From an uncultured Merdimonas sp. (lineage in GTDB: Bacteria; Bacillota; Clostridia; Lachnospirales; Lachnospiraceae): 61,670 nt of DNA. The notes under the pieces were generated by a model. The model was not told the origin of the DNA. It did no database searches and was given only the letters and a program-made list of their open reading frames with translations. The stretch covers positions 1 to 61,670 of the forward strand of contig CALWQJ010000001.1 of the NCBI GenBank assembly GCA_944383645.1. The letters are read 5' to 3'. Positions 28,815-39,210 of this stretch are shown in pieces. The translations under genes were made by a program, and so were the position numbers. How positions within the stretch are numbered: position 1 is the first letter of the stretch; each line of letters opens with the position of its first letter.

Positions 28815-29284
28815 GTATTTTTTCTTGACATTTGTTTTTCCATCACAAAGTTCGTAAGCAGCACGCCGCGTCTCTCCACCTGCTGCTCTTTTCTCACCTG
28901 ATATCCTCTGCGCAGAAAAAACGGCCTCGCAGTCAGGGAGGCGTGAACCAGGATCCTTTCCGCCGCCGCAGAACTCTCCAGGGCGTCACAGAGCATGGAG
29001 CCGATTCCCTGCCCCTGGTAATCCTTATGTACATACAGGCGGTCGAGGTACCCGCCGCTGTCAATATCGCCAAAGCCCGCGATTTTTCCGTCTGCTTCCG
29101 CCACAAAGGTAATATGCTTCAAAAAAGAAGGGTTCCATAGCTCCGGATCAGGCGGCGCCGGTGCCCAGGCCTCAAGCTGCTCCGGGGTATAGTCCCGGGC
29201 GTTGACCGTATGGACCGTATCGTAAAACAGCCGCGCCAGGATGAGGCAATCCTCCGAGGCATAGTTCCGGATATGGATATTCAT
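28811..29284 (-). CDS. GNAT family N-acetyltransferase (YafP-like)
   Basis: LDRLYVHKDYQGQGIG, HASLTARPFF; start ATG 29284 with RBS AAGGAG. Confidence 0.9.
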   Translation of the reverse strand: MNIHIRNYASEDCLILARLFYDTVHTVNARDYTPEQLEAWAPAPPDPELWNPSFLKHITFVAEADGKIAGFGDIDSGGYLDRLYVHKDYQGQGIGSMLCDALESSAAAERILVHASLTARPFFLRRGYQVRKEQQVERRGVLLTNFVMEKQMSRKNT

Positions 29285-29311
29285 GTTTTCACACTCCTTC
29301 ATCCCATATTC

Positions 29312-30145
29312 TTACTCTGTCGCCTCTGCATTTTTCTGGAGAACGGCGCCCTGCAGCAGCTTCAGTCCGCACAGCCCCAAAGCAGCTCCGGCAGCGCCGG
29401 AAACCACGCCGTACAGAACCAGCGCCCCTGTCGTCAGCTCCGGCCCGAATATCCGCTCCAGCAGCAGCGGCTCGAGCATCCCATACGCATTGAAAATGAC
29501 GTGCATGAAAATTCCCGGGAAAAGCGCTCCGCACTTCCAGACGATATAGCCCAGGGCGATTCCCAAAAGCCACGCGTAGCTTCCCTGCACCAGGTTCACA
29601 TGGAGCAGGCCAAACAAAAGCGCCTGAATCATATTCGCTTTCCAAAGGTCTGCGCCCGCCCGCCTCAAATATTCCATCATAAGTCCCCGGAACACCAGAT
29701 CTTCCCAGAGAGGCCCCAGCGCCACAGTTGCCAGGACAGACAGGGCATTGGTCTCCATCACGCCCGCCCCCTCCAGCAGCTGGCCGTAATCTGCAGTCAT
29801 TCCGGGAGCGAATAGATTCCAGAGCGCCAGGAGAAGCCCTGCCAGAAGCTGCGTTCCCAGTGCCAGCATGACGACGCCTCCGACACCCCAAAGTCCCAGT
29901 CTCTTCCGGGAAGGAGCCCTCCTTCTCTCCTAGCTGTCCGCCACGGAAAAGTAATACCACCAGCCCATAACACAGATTGCCAGCATATTGGAAACCGCCA
30001 GCATCACAAGCTGGTACTGCGGTTCCTCATATGGAACGGACATGGAGATAAAAATAGCAGTAATGACCGTGACAGCAAAAAATTCCAGGATAAAAAACAG
30101 CAGCAGCAGGAGCAGTGCTTTCATATATGTTCGGATTTTTCCCAT
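29312..30145 (-). pseudogene. CPBP/Abi (CAAX) intramembrane protease interrupted by an in-frame TAG at 29930..29932
   Basis: ORFs 29930..30145 and 29312..29869 share one frame; motifs WEDLVFRG, FGLLH, HVIFN. Confidence 0.75.
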
Positions 30146-30334
30146 ACATTTATCCTCTCGGGCCTTTTCCCTTCTGTATCTCAGCCCGGCCCCTTCCCTT
30201 TTTTCTAAGTGTAAACGTTAAAACTGCGGAAAGCAAGGAGCATTTTCAGCTCGTTTCTTTACAACTTTTTACAGCTCCAATGTACAAGCATTACTTCGCC
30301 TCTTGATACACCAGCGCTTAAAGCTGCGAAAATA

Positions 30335-30380
30335 GAAAATGCCGGGATTCAGCTTATTTTCTGCATTCCCGGCATTTTCA
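30335..30380. terminator. Terminator after the AEC transporter gene
   Basis: GAAAATGCCGGGA...TCCCGGCATTTTC inverted repeat. Confidence 0.65.
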
Positions 30381-30403
30381 TATCTTCTTTAATTCTACTT
30401 TTT

Positions 30404-31315
30404 TCACGTAATCAGCATGCACCAAGCAGGTATGGTCACCATGGAAAACATTGTAGACATGACTACGCATTTGGTGGCCAGAGCTGCGTCACATCCATAT
30501 TTTTCCGCCAACACTGCTGTAGTACTTCCAGCAGGCATTCCGGTGAGAGTTACCACCACGCCAGTCACCATAAGATCGCAGCCTGCGAGTTTACACAGTG
30601 CCAGGGCGGTAAGGGGCAGAAGTCCCAGACGAATCAGCGTATAATAGGCCGCCGTAGGATCCCATAGGCTTCGCAGAGGAATCGCCGCCAGAATCGTCCC
30701 CACCAGAATCATGGACAGACAGGTGTTTGCTCCTGCCACGCTTCCGATGGTCATAATCAGTACCTCCGGTAGCGGAATCTGTAAACCCAGAATCAAAAGT
30801 CCCAGAATAGCAGCCAGGATACAGGGATGGGTACAGGTTTTTTTCAGAACCGATTTTCCATCCGGAGCCTTGGTGAAGCACATCAGGCCGAAAGACCACA
30901 TATAAAGCCTGACGGGGATCGCGTAGATCGAAGCATACATCAGGCCCAGAGTTCCAAAAATTCCTTCTGCCACCGGGTTACCCAAAATACCTGCATTGGA
31001 AACGATCGAAGCATATTCCAGGATCTTCCTCTTTTCCGGTGGAAGGAAACGGAAGGCCGTCTTTCCTGCCAGAAAAGACAGGAACAGAATTACCGCCGTC
31101 AGAAGAAAGATTTTCAGACAGACGTGAAACAGCTGATTAGTAAGCTCCATCTGGAAAGATTTCAGAATGCTGGCCGGAAGAGTCACATACAGCACCAGAT
31201 CCGTCAGAAATTTTTCTCCCTGCTCCGTGACAATTCGGATTTTTTTCAGAAGAAATCCCAGCAGCATCAGAAGAAACAGCATTCCCTGCGTATTGTACAT
31301 TCCCGAAAAGCTCAT
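30404..31315 (-). CDS. AEC (auxin efflux carrier/malate permease) family transporter
   Basis: SNAGILGNPV, HPCILA, GMPAG, STMFSMVTIP; about 10 TM segments. Confidence 0.9.
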   Translation of the reverse strand: MSFSGMYNTQGMLFLLMLLGFLLKKIRIVTEQGEKFLTDLVLYVTLPASILKSFQMELTNQLFHVCLKIFLLTAVILFLSFLAGKTAFRFLPPEKRKILEYASIVSNAGILGNPVAEGIFGTLGLMYASIYAIPVRLYMWSFGLMCFTKAPDGKSVLKKTCTHPCILAAILGLLILGLQIPLPEVLIMTIGSVAGANTCLSMILVGTILAAIPLRSLWDPTAAYYTLIRLGLLPLTALALCKLAGCDLMVTGVVVTLTGMPAGSTTAVLAEKYGCDAALATKCVVMSTMFSMVTIPAWCMLIT

Positions 31316-31353
31316 ATCTTCACGCCTCTCTTCCTGGTATTCTTTCCGGTTCC

Positions 31354-32526
31354 TTACTGGGCCAGACGATATACGTCCATTACCATATCCACATCAAAGG
31401 CAGAATAAGCTCCCGCTTTCCCGGTTCCGGAAATCTTCATGGCATTCTCCGCGCAGCCCTTCAGTTCCTCCGCCTGGATACCGATATCACTCAGTCTGGT
31501 AGGCAGACCCATGCGTTTCTGCCAGTCTTCCAGGTTCCGCAGGCCTTCCATCACTGTATCCTCCGGGTTGTCGTACAGACGGGCTCCCATGCAGTTTACA
31601 GCCCAGCGCACAAACTTGGAGACATTGCTCTTCCAGGCATACTTTACCCAGGCATCCGTAATGATCGCAAGAATCTCACCGTGAGTTCTTTTAAAGGTAA
31701 CAGTAATCGGATTCTCCATATGATGGCACACCCAGTCGCCCATCTCGCCTGCTGCCGGCTTGGTATTGGACATGGCCATAATTGCGCCCAGATTCAGGTT
31801 CGCGCGGGCGTCATAGTTGGTCGGATCCTCTTTGGCTGCCAGCCCCTCCTTCAGCACCGCCTTGACAATCGCTTCAAAATATCCCTCCATGATCTCGTTG
31901 CCGTTGATAGGAGCGAAATAAACCTCCCAGCAGTGAGACAAAATATCCATGGCACCACAGGCCATCATCTTAGGCGGCAGCGTATAGGCAAATTCCGGAT
32001 TGATGATGGCAAAATCAAAGAAGAATCCTAAGTTATAAAGCCCTGCCTTTTCCGGAACCTCCAGGCTGTCGTCTACAATCATGGCGCACAGGGACTGCTC
32101 GCTTCCCGTTCCTCCGAGAGTGGAAACCACCCCATGAGGGATCACCGGATAGGGCGTAAAGATCTCGCGGTTTACAAAAAGACTTTCCTCCATATTCGTC
32201 TGTACTGCGATGAATTTTGCCGTATCCATGACAGAACCACCGCCCACTGCGAGAATAAAATCCACAGGTCTTTCACGAACGGTCTTGATACACTCCATGC
32301 AGTAGCTCAGGCGGGGATTTGGTTTCACATTCCCCAGCTCGTAATAAGAGATTCCATTCTTTTCCAGAGACTCCCGGACATCTGCCAGGATGCTTTTTAG
32401 ATAATCGCCGCTGTCATGCACAATCAGACAGCTGTTTCCGTATTTCTTGATTTCCTCTCCCACGGTTTTGTGAGTGTCTTTTCCGAAAATCACATTGGTT
32501 TTCTGAGAATCGTAAAAATTATTCAT
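31354..32526 (-). CDS. Iron-containing alcohol dehydrogenase family protein
   Basis: VKPNP, AVGGGSVMDTAK, GTGSE, DILSHCWE, HHMEN, THGE. Confidence 0.92.
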   Translation of the reverse strand: MNNFYDSQKTNVIFGKDTHKTVGEEIKKYGNSCLIVHDSGDYLKSILADVRESLEKNGISYYELGNVKPNPRLSYCMECIKTVRERPVDFILAVGGGSVMDTAKFIAVQTNMEESLFVNREIFTPYPVIPHGVVSTLGGTGSEQSLCAMIVDDSLEVPEKAGLYNLGFFFDFAIINPEFAYTLPPKMMACGAMDILSHCWEVYFAPINGNEIMEGYFEAIVKAVLKEGLAAKEDPTNYDARANLNLGAIMAMSNTKPAAGEMGDWVCHHMENPITVTFKRTHGEILAIITDAWVKYAWKSNVSKFVRWAVNCMGARLYDNPEDTVMEGLRNLEDWQKRMGLPTRLSDIGIQAEELKGCAENAMKISGTGKAGAYSAFDVDMVMDVYRLAQ

Positions 32527-32587
32527 AATCTGCTCCTTTTTCTTCCAGTCAGTCTCCCGCTCCAGGGCGGGCCTGCGCTCCCGGATC

Positions 32588-33004
32588 TTACTCCAGGATT
32601 CCCAGCTCCTTCATCCAGGCGTTCACATCGATAATCGCCTCCCTGGCCGGTTCCACCGCCGCGATGCACAGAGCCGCCGCCTTCGCTTCCTCGCTTACCT
32701 GGCTGACCACATCGATCACCATCGGAAGATTCATCCCCGTCAGATGATAGAAATGATGATGTTCCATGAGTCTGCTCACACAGTTAAAGGGCGTTCCATT
32801 GGGAATATCCGTCATAACGATAGCCTCGCCCTTTTCCAGGGCAGCCGTCAACCTCGTCTCAACTTTTTCAGTCAGATCCTCCGGACCGTCCCCAGGTTCG
32901 AAGGTCACATATTCCAGACATGGCTGTTCTCCAATCAGCATCGTGGTGCTTTCCACCATGCCCTTTGCCATGCCGCCGTGAGAAACCAAAATCACTGTAA
33001 TCAT
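32588..33004 (-). CDS. PTS mannose/fructose/sorbose family EIIA
   Basis: VSHGGMA, TDIPNGTPFN, GMNLPM. Confidence 0.92.
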   Translation of the reverse strand: MITVILVSHGGMAKGMVESTTMLIGEQPCLEYVTFEPGDGPEDLTEKVETRLTAALEKGEAIVMTDIPNGTPFNCVSRLMEHHHFYHLTGMNLPMVIDVVSQVSEEAKAAALCIAAVEPAREAIIDVNAWMKELGILE

Positions 33005-33069
33005 ATTGACTGTCTCCTTGCTTATCTATGATTCTCCGGACTCGGTGAAGGAATCCAGAAGCAGCAGCT

Positions 33070-33516
33070 TCAGCGCATTCTTTTCAGTCTGGACGCCACA
33101 TACTCCTGCATATTTCTGCAGAGTCTGGAATTTTGATACATGTCCGCTGCCATAGACATGCGCAGCTCCAGCGTGCAGGGGGTTCCGTTGTCCCGATACC
33201 TGAGAAATACATTCTCAAATACATCTCCTGCCGCGGCTTTTTCCCCCAGGGAAACACCCCGGCCCGTTTCTGCGTCTGCCAGCCTCAAATCCTCCACGAC
33301 AGCGTAAGGAATCAAAAGGGAATGAAACGTCTCTTCCCTTCCATCTGCCGCGCGGATTACTATGGCTTTTTCCAGGGCCCGGACCGTTACCACCGCCTGC
33401 TGCGGATTATAGGGATCGCCGCCCAGATAAATCATCTCATACTGCCAGCCCAGTACCCTGCTGGAGCCTTGCCTGCCGCCCATCAGCGAAAACAAGGGAA
33501 ACCTTCCCTTTCCCAT
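33070..33516 (-). CDS. Hypothetical protein
   Basis: RBS GAGGTG; tightly packed in the operon; no recognised motif. Confidence 0.6.
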   Translation of the reverse strand: MGKGRFPLFSLMGGRQGSSRVLGWQYEMIYLGGDPYNPQQAVVTVRALEKAIVIRAADGREETFHSLLIPYAVVEDLRLADAETGRGVSLGEKAAAGDVFENVFLRYRDNGTPCTLELRMSMAADMYQNSRLCRNMQEYVASRLKRMR

Positions 33517-33525
33517 TTTCTCACC

Positions 33526-34431
33526 TCACGCTTTCTTCCAATCCAGCTTTTCCCGCAGGAAATCTTCCACCAAATCCATGGTTTTCGTGGTCCAGAAGGG
33601 AGAGCCTCCATGAGCCGCGTTGTGCATCCGGTACATGGTCACATCTCTGCCCGCTTCCCGCATCTTCCGATACAGAATCACGCTTTGCTCAAAGCTGCAG
33701 CTCTTATCCTTATCTCCATGGAGAATCAATACCGCTGGAACCTCGTTCTCTCCCTTGAGATAAGAGACAGGACTGGCCTTCTTTGCCAAGTCCAGATGTT
33801 CCTTTATCGGAACTCCCAGCACCTGGTCCAGATGCTCGGTGGAGGTAGAATGATAATCAATCATGGCCGGAAGCCAAGCCGGTCCATAGTAATCCACCAC
33901 GGCGCGAATCCTTACCTGCTCCTGTCGGTACTGGGGCATCAGAGCCATCAGAAGGGCCGTATGCGCACCGGAAGAACTGCCCCAGGCTGCCAGTCTGGAA
34001 GTGTCCCAGCCCATAGCCTCCGCGTTCTCAGTCAGAAACTGCAGGGCCCTCCAGCCGTCGTCCGACTGAACAGGAAAATGATAGTCCGGTGCCGGCCGAT
34101 ACTCCACGCTGGCAATGATAAAGCCTCTTCTGGCCATTTCCACCAGCTGGGGAATGCCAGGAACCACGCTCTGCTTCTGCCATGCGGATCCGCGGATAAA
34201 CAGAATCAGCGGCCGTTTTTCCTCTTCACTGCTTACAGAGGGGAGCAAAAGCTGCAGCTTCAGAGATGTCCCCCCCACATTTGCAAATTCCACATCTCGG
34301 ATATATTTTACGATTTTGACCTCCGAAAAGTCCGCCTCCATTTCCTGCATCCCCTCTTCCGTCAGCGGGGACGCCTCCAGCGACGGATCTGGAATGCTCC
34401 AGCGTTCATTTTCCGAACGAAGCTCCATCAC
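33526..34431 (-). CDS. Alpha/beta hydrolase (HSL/BD-FAE-like esterase)
   Basis: RGSAW oxyanion region, VEYR, GSSSG nucleophile, HGDKD, AAHG. Confidence 0.88.
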   Translation of the reverse strand: MMELRSENERWSIPDPSLEASPLTEEGMQEMEADFSEVKIVKYIRDVEFANVGGTSLKLQLLLPSVSSEEEKRPLILFIRGSAWQKQSVVPGIPQLVEMARRGFIIASVEYRPAPDYHFPVQSDDGWRALQFLTENAEAMGWDTSRLAAWGSSSGAHTALLMALMPQYRQEQVRIRAVVDYYGPAWLPAMIDYHSTSTEHLDQVLGVPIKEHLDLAKKASPVSYLKGENEVPAVLILHGDKDKSCSFEQSVILYRKMREAGRDVTMYRMHNAAHGGSPFWTTKTMDLVEDFLREKLDWKKA

Positions 34432-34865
34432 AACTCCTCCTTTTTTTCTCTTTTACCCTCGATCTGTTTCAGGATCATGCCATCCTCCATCGTACAGGCA
34501 ATAACAAAATAATACCGTTTTCCTGCCTCTGCCTTCAGATTCAGCACAGAGCTTGTGAGAGTATCCAGTTTTACATATACTCTGCGAAAGCCCGGCTCGC
34601 ACAAAATGCCGCACTGATCCTCCATGCGGATCCGGCAGGCCTCCTGCCCGTCCAGAAAAATACGGAATTTTCTGGCATTGCCCCGGATACACCGTTCCCG
34701 GAAAAAGGACAGCATTGCTTCTCCTTTCTCCTCCAACACCTTTTCATCCGCAGGCTCAAAATGCTCCAGTAGCTTTTCCGCCCCGATACCGGAAGCAGAA
34801 GGGGGCTTTGCAAGCCTTGTTGCTTCCTCCTTCAGTTTTTGACCCAGCTTATCCAGAAATCCCAT
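34428..34865 (-). CDS. Hypothetical protein
   Basis: Start reassigned to ATG 34865 (MGFLDKL; RBS AGGAAGG); overlaps the next gene by 4 nt. Confidence 0.6.
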   Translation of the reverse strand: MGFLDKLGQKLKEEATRLAKPPSASGIGAEKLLEHFEPADEKVLEEKGEAMLSFFRERCIRGNARKFRIFLDGQEACRIRMEDQCGILCEPGFRRVYVKLDTLTSSVLNLKAEAGKRYYFVIACTMEDGMILKQIEGKREKKEEL

Positions 34866-35030
34866 ACCAACATCCTTCCTCTCGTGGCGGAAAACAAAGG
34901 AGAGACGGCCACCGAAGCTCTTACGCCGCCCCCACAGCCGTCTCTCCGCCCATTCCTGCTGCTTCTTCTGTCCATCTATGATGTGCGTCAGGCTCTGGCC
35001 TGGCACACCAACGCTGTCGGTTTTCGTTCC

Positions 35031-35855
35031 TTAGGCACTGAAAATGCCCAGAAGGCCAAATACAATGCCAAATACAATCATTGCTAAAATAATGTGGAGC
35101 GACTTCTTTCCTTTATGAAGCGCCTGCACACAGCCCAGAGTCAGAAGCATCGGCAGAAGCTTCGGGCAGATGGCATCAAACAACATCGTCTGAATGTTGA
35201 ACTCTGTACCGCTTAAGTTAAATACCAGCGCGCACTGAATATTTACGTAATTTACGACCAAACCACCCATAACGCAGCAGCCTACGATACCGGCAGCATT
35301 CATGATCTTGTCCAGCGTACCGGCCGCCACCATATCCACGATGGCGTCGCCGCCCTTATTGTAGCCCAGCTTATAGCAGGCCCACATAGTTCCAATCATA
35401 ATCGCGTACAACAATACCGCATAGATCACCGGGCCAAGAACAAGTCCGTTATTGGTCAGGTCAATACACAGAGCCAGCAGAATCGGCACGATGATACCCT
35501 GAATCAGAGAATCACCGATACCAGCCAGCGGTCCCATCAGCGCAGACTTCAGACCTACGATCTGATCCGCGTCGCAGTCCGCGCCTGCCGCCACCTGCTC
35601 CTCCATAGCGATGGTAACGCCATGGATGACGGTGCCAAGCTCCGGCTCCGTATTCAAGAAGGTCAGATGACGTGTCAGAACTTCCTTCTGTTTTTCCACA
35701 TCCGACGGATACAACTCTTTTACCACGGGAACCATGGAGTACATGAATCCCATACCATGCATGAACTCGTAGTTGCCGCCTACCGCACAGGACAAAAACC
35801 AGTTCACAATTGATTTTTTCTGAGCTTTTTTCGAAACTTTTACAACCTCACCCAT
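35031..35855 (-). CDS. PTS mannose family EIID
   Basis: NYEFMHGMGF, RHLTFLNTEP, MGPLAGIGDS. Confidence 0.94.
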   Translation of the reverse strand: MGEVVKVSKKAQKKSIVNWFLSCAVGGNYEFMHGMGFMYSMVPVVKELYPSDVEKQKEVLTRHLTFLNTEPELGTVIHGVTIAMEEQVAAGADCDADQIVGLKSALMGPLAGIGDSLIQGIIVPILLALCIDLTNNGLVLGPVIYAVLLYAIMIGTMWACYKLGYNKGGDAIVDMVAAGTLDKIMNAAGIVGCCVMGGLVVNYVNIQCALVFNLSGTEFNIQTMLFDAICPKLLPMLLTLGCVQALHKGKKSLHIILAMIVFGIVFGLLGIFSA

Positions 35856-36595
35856 TATGCAGCTACCTCCGTTCTATTGCGATAAAAATACAGCACTGCA
35901 CCTACGAAACCGATCATGGCAATCGGAATCAGGCCAAGTCCAAGGTATGCAGCAGCGATAAATCCAACCAGCAGCCAGATACGGGCCTCTCCTTTGAAGA
36001 TAAAGGAAAGGTTAATGGCAATACCAACTGCAGGAAGCATGCCGCCAATCAGAGATACCACTGTCAGAGCCTTACCGTTCAACACATCAGACAGGGTATA
36101 TACCAGGTCAGAACCGAAGTACGCGCACAGCATACAGGGAATCGCGTAGCCGATAAAGGTAATGATCAGAGGAAGCAACCAAACTGGGATCCACAAACCA
36201 TTGATCTTTCCGTCGTCAATAAATTTCTGGCACAAATGACCGCAGGCAGACATTACCGTCATCAGCATGGTGTAAAGAGCGATTGCCACCAGACCTACCG
36301 GAACTGCCAGCACCAGAGCCGCATCCATGTCAAGACCTGTAGCAAGAACAAAAGCTGTACTCAAAACACCGGCCGCACAGGGATCTGCGGGAGAGGCTCC
36401 GCCCGCTCCGATCCATCCAAGGTAAATCATGTTGATTTCAGCACCTATCATGGCACCCTGAAGAGGCTGTCCGAAAACCAGACCTACCAAGAAACCTGCA
36501 ACCAGAGGTTTGCTGAACACAAAGTAAGCACGTGCAAACGAACAGTTTCCTATCCAGTAAATGACGCCGCACAGAAACGCCTGAAAAAATGTCAT
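35855..36595 (-). CDS. PTS mannose family EIIC
   Basis: PLVAGFLVGLVFG, GGASPAD, GGMLPAVGIA. Confidence 0.93.
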   Translation of the reverse strand: MTFFQAFLCGVIYWIGNCSFARAYFVFSKPLVAGFLVGLVFGQPLQGAMIGAEINMIYLGWIGAGGASPADPCAAGVLSTAFVLATGLDMDAALVLAVPVGLVAIALYTMLMTVMSACGHLCQKFIDDGKINGLWIPVWLLPLIITFIGYAIPCMLCAYFGSDLVYTLSDVLNGKALTVVSLIGGMLPAVGIAINLSFIFKGEARIWLLVGFIAAAYLGLGLIPIAMIGFVGAVLYFYRNRTEVAA

Positions 36596-36619
36596 AACAA
36601 TAGACCTCCCAACAACATT

Positions 36620-37114
36620 TTATTTTTTAAGTAATTTTGCCAGATCCACCGGCGCGTTGTCGATGGCAAGCTGATATACCATCGCCACTCCTCCGTCGAT
36701 CAGAGCGCGCATGGCATCCTTCTCACTTTCGCTGGCATACAGGTCCCGAATCAGACGGGTGCGTTTTCCATATTTGTTTCCGCTCACCGCCGCCGAACCG
36801 CAGACAATCTTTTCGTAGGATACCCCTTGCTCTTTCATGCGCAGGAAGCTCTGCGCACACTTGGTAAGAAGCATGACTCTCTCGCCTTCCTGGGAATCCT
36901 CTTTCAGATAAGCAATCGCCTGATCGACTGTCAGAATCTGAAGCTCTGTTCCTGCAGGCTTCATTCCCATAAAGATTTTGCAGGTGAATTTGTCATTCAC
37001 CAGATCGTCGTCTGCCAGCACAATCACATTGGCATGTGTCGCCTGCATCCATTTCGTACAGACCTGTCCGTGCAGCATCCGTTCATCGATTCTGGCCAGA
37101 ACCACGTTTCTCAT
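36620..37114 (-). CDS. PTS mannose family EIIB
   Basis: RIDERMLHGQV; start ATG 37114. Confidence 0.93.
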   Translation of the reverse strand: MRNVVLARIDERMLHGQVCTKWMQATHANVIVLADDDLVNDKFTCKIFMGMKPAGTELQILTVDQAIAYLKEDSQEGERVMLLTKCAQSFLRMKEQGVSYEKIVCGSAAVSGNKYGKRTRLIRDLYASESEKDAMRALIDGGVAMVYQLAIDNAPVDLAKLLKK

Positions 37115-37202
37115 GGTCTTCCCTCCTTTCCTTCCTGCCTTCCGGAAGAGGTTTTCACCCCTCTCTGTCCTCCTCCGGAAGGCTTTCATTTTCTTATGTT
37201 AC

Positions 37203-38030
37203 CTATGCCTTTCCTGTGGAACCACACAGATCCATATGATGCTCTGCCACCGCCTTGATTCCTGCTCCCATCTTATCATACAGGTCATAGGGCGCCCAGG
37301 TGCGCCATGCTTCATCCATGGAATCCACATAGCTTCTGTATCCGTCGATAGCACCAGTGTACAGCTCATAAGCCACATTCAGTTTGTTAATGCCCATACT
37401 GCAGGCTTTCTTCAGATTCTCGTCACCGGTGCCGGAACCGCCGTGAAGAACCAGAGGAACTGGAACAGCATCCCGTAGCTGCTCCAGCAGGTCAAACTGA
37501 AGCTTCGGCGTGTCCTTATAAGCGCCATGAGCGGTACCGATGGCAACCGCCAAGGCATCCACTCCCGTCTCCTCCACAAAAGCCTTTGCCTCATCTGGAC
37601 GGGTAAAGACACTCTCATCCCCCATAGCCACATGGCCAAGCTCCGCCTCCACACCCATACCGCAGGCATGGGCGATTCTGGTCAGCTCTTTTACCTGTGC
37701 CGCATTTTCTTCAAAAGAGAGCTTGGAGCGATCCACCATGATATCCGTAAAGCCGGCATGAATGGCCCAAATCGCGTGCTCATATTCCGCTCCGTGGTCC
37801 AGAATGATGGATACGGGAACGGTTGCCAGAGCCGCCTGCTCCCGCGCCCATTTTCCAAAACGCATGATATCATTCTTTCCGTACATAAAAAGCATGATCA
37901 CCGGAGAACGCTTCTCCTCCGCTGCATTCAGACATGCCATAAAATTAATTTCGTTTCCGATTCCCAGAGCGGGAACACAATAATTTTCTGCTTTCGCCTT
38001 GCTTAAAATTTCTTTCAGATTTGCTAACAT
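37203..38030 (-). CDS. Class II ketose-bisphosphate aldolase family protein
   Basis: ILDHG, VEAELG, AIGTAHG, LVLHGGSG, KLNV; start ATG 38030. Confidence 0.92.
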   Translation of the reverse strand: MLANLKEILSKAKAENYCVPALGIGNEINFMACLNAAEEKRSPVIMLFMYGKNDIMRFGKWAREQAALATVPVSIILDHGAEYEHAIWAIHAGFTDIMVDRSKLSFEENAAQVKELTRIAHACGMGVEAELGHVAMGDESVFTRPDEAKAFVEETGVDALAVAIGTAHGAYKDTPKLQFDLLEQLRDAVPVPLVLHGGSGTGDENLKKACSMGINKLNVAYELYTGAIDGYRSYVDSMDEAWRTWAPYDLYDKMGAGIKAVAEHHMDLCGSTGKA

Positions 38031-38061
38031 AGCTTTCTCCTTCTCGTCAAATATCCTTTCC

Positions 38062-39102
38062 TTATTTGTATTCAATGATGCAGCGGAAGGTATCCGGGCG
38101 CAGAGCCGTCTCGAAGGCCTCTTTGCACTGTTCCGGAGCGAATATGCCGCTTACCAGTCTTGAGGGATCGATGATTCCCTTGCTCAGACAGTTGACCGAC
38201 TCCGTAAAGGAACGGACGCTGGGGCTCTTGGTTCCGGTAATGCGGATGCCCTTGTTGTGTACATATCCTACATCCAGAGGAATGTCCTTGCCAGCATGAA
38301 TGGAGCTGTACATCACAACGGTTCCCTTGGGTGCCGTCATCTTGATTGCCTGTTCTGCCACCGCCGCCACTGCCGTGGTGTTAAATACTGCCTCCGCGCC
38401 GATCCCTCCGGTCAGCTCTTTTACATACTGCACGGCATCCTTTTCCATAGGATTGAAAGTAACGTCACAGCCAAGCTCCTCCGCCAGTCTGCGGCGTTCT
38501 GGATCGATCTCGCTCATGATGACATAAGCGCCTCTTGCCTTGGCGCACATTACGTGAAGCTGGCCCATGATGCCGCCGCCAATTACCACTACGTTGTCGC
38601 CCAGATTAATCGGTGCCTGATTAACGCTCTGGATGACACAGCCCAGAGGCTCCGCGAACACGGCCTTTTCCGTGGGCATATCATCCGGCACGAAATATAC
38701 CTGATCCAGATTCAGGCGAAGGTACTCGCCCAGTCCGCCGGTTCCGGGAATCTCGTAGCCCTCATCGATGTCGTCAGCCATCTTGCAGAGATTTTCCATG
38801 CCGTGACGGCAGAAATAACATTTTCCGCAAGGCTTCTTAATCAGGTTTGCCACAATTTTTTTGCCGATGGGATATTCCTTCGGATCCACTCCTTCGCCAA
38901 TCTCCGCGATCTCCCCCGCAACCTCGTGTCCACCTACAAAAGGTGGCTTAATATATGTGATGACTCCGGAATACATACGCTGCTCCCAGGTGCAGAGGGC
39001 GCATCCGTTCACCTTCATCATAATCTGATTCTTTCCAAGCGCAGGCTTCCGCGCTTCCAGAACTTCCGCTTTCCGCTCACCTGTAATCGCTACTACTTTC
39101 AT
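38062..39102 (-). CDS. Zn-dependent (MDR) polyol/sugar-acid dehydrogenase
   Basis: GHEVAG, CGKCYFC...C structural Zn site, EPLGC, GGGIMG; start ATG 39102. Confidence 0.9.
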   Translation of the reverse strand: MKVVAITGERKAEVLEARKPALGKNQIMMKVNGCALCTWEQRMYSGVITYIKPPFVGGHEVAGEIAEIGEGVDPKEYPIGKKIVANLIKKPCGKCYFCRHGMENLCKMADDIDEGYEIPGTGGLGEYLRLNLDQVYFVPDDMPTEKAVFAEPLGCVIQSVNQAPINLGDNVVVIGGGIMGQLHVMCAKARGAYVIMSEIDPERRRLAEELGCDVTFNPMEKDAVQYVKELTGGIGAEAVFNTTAVAAVAEQAIKMTAPKGTVVMYSSIHAGKDIPLDVGYVHNKGIRITGTKSPSVRSFTESVNCLSKGIIDPSRLVSGIFAPEQCKEAFETALRPDTFRCIIEYK

Positions 39103-39210
39103 ACCGATATCTCCTTTCTTCACTCTTAACCTCTTCCGGTTCTAAGTAAATTGTAGCGTTCCGAGAGTGCTTTTAAAATACCAAAGCACTTCCGTATCGA
39201 TGCGGAAGCT

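Noticed and set aside
29289-29960. 223-aa alternative-frame ORF that could suggest a frameshift in the CAAX gene
   Set aside because: The two genuine segments are already in the same frame across a TAG; this frame is low-complexity and Arg/Gly-rich.
34899-37184. Intergenic GC-rich hairpins within the PTS operon (about 34899..34948 and 37137..37184)
   Set aside because: Probably ordinary mRNA stabilisers or partial terminators; no further evidence of novelty.
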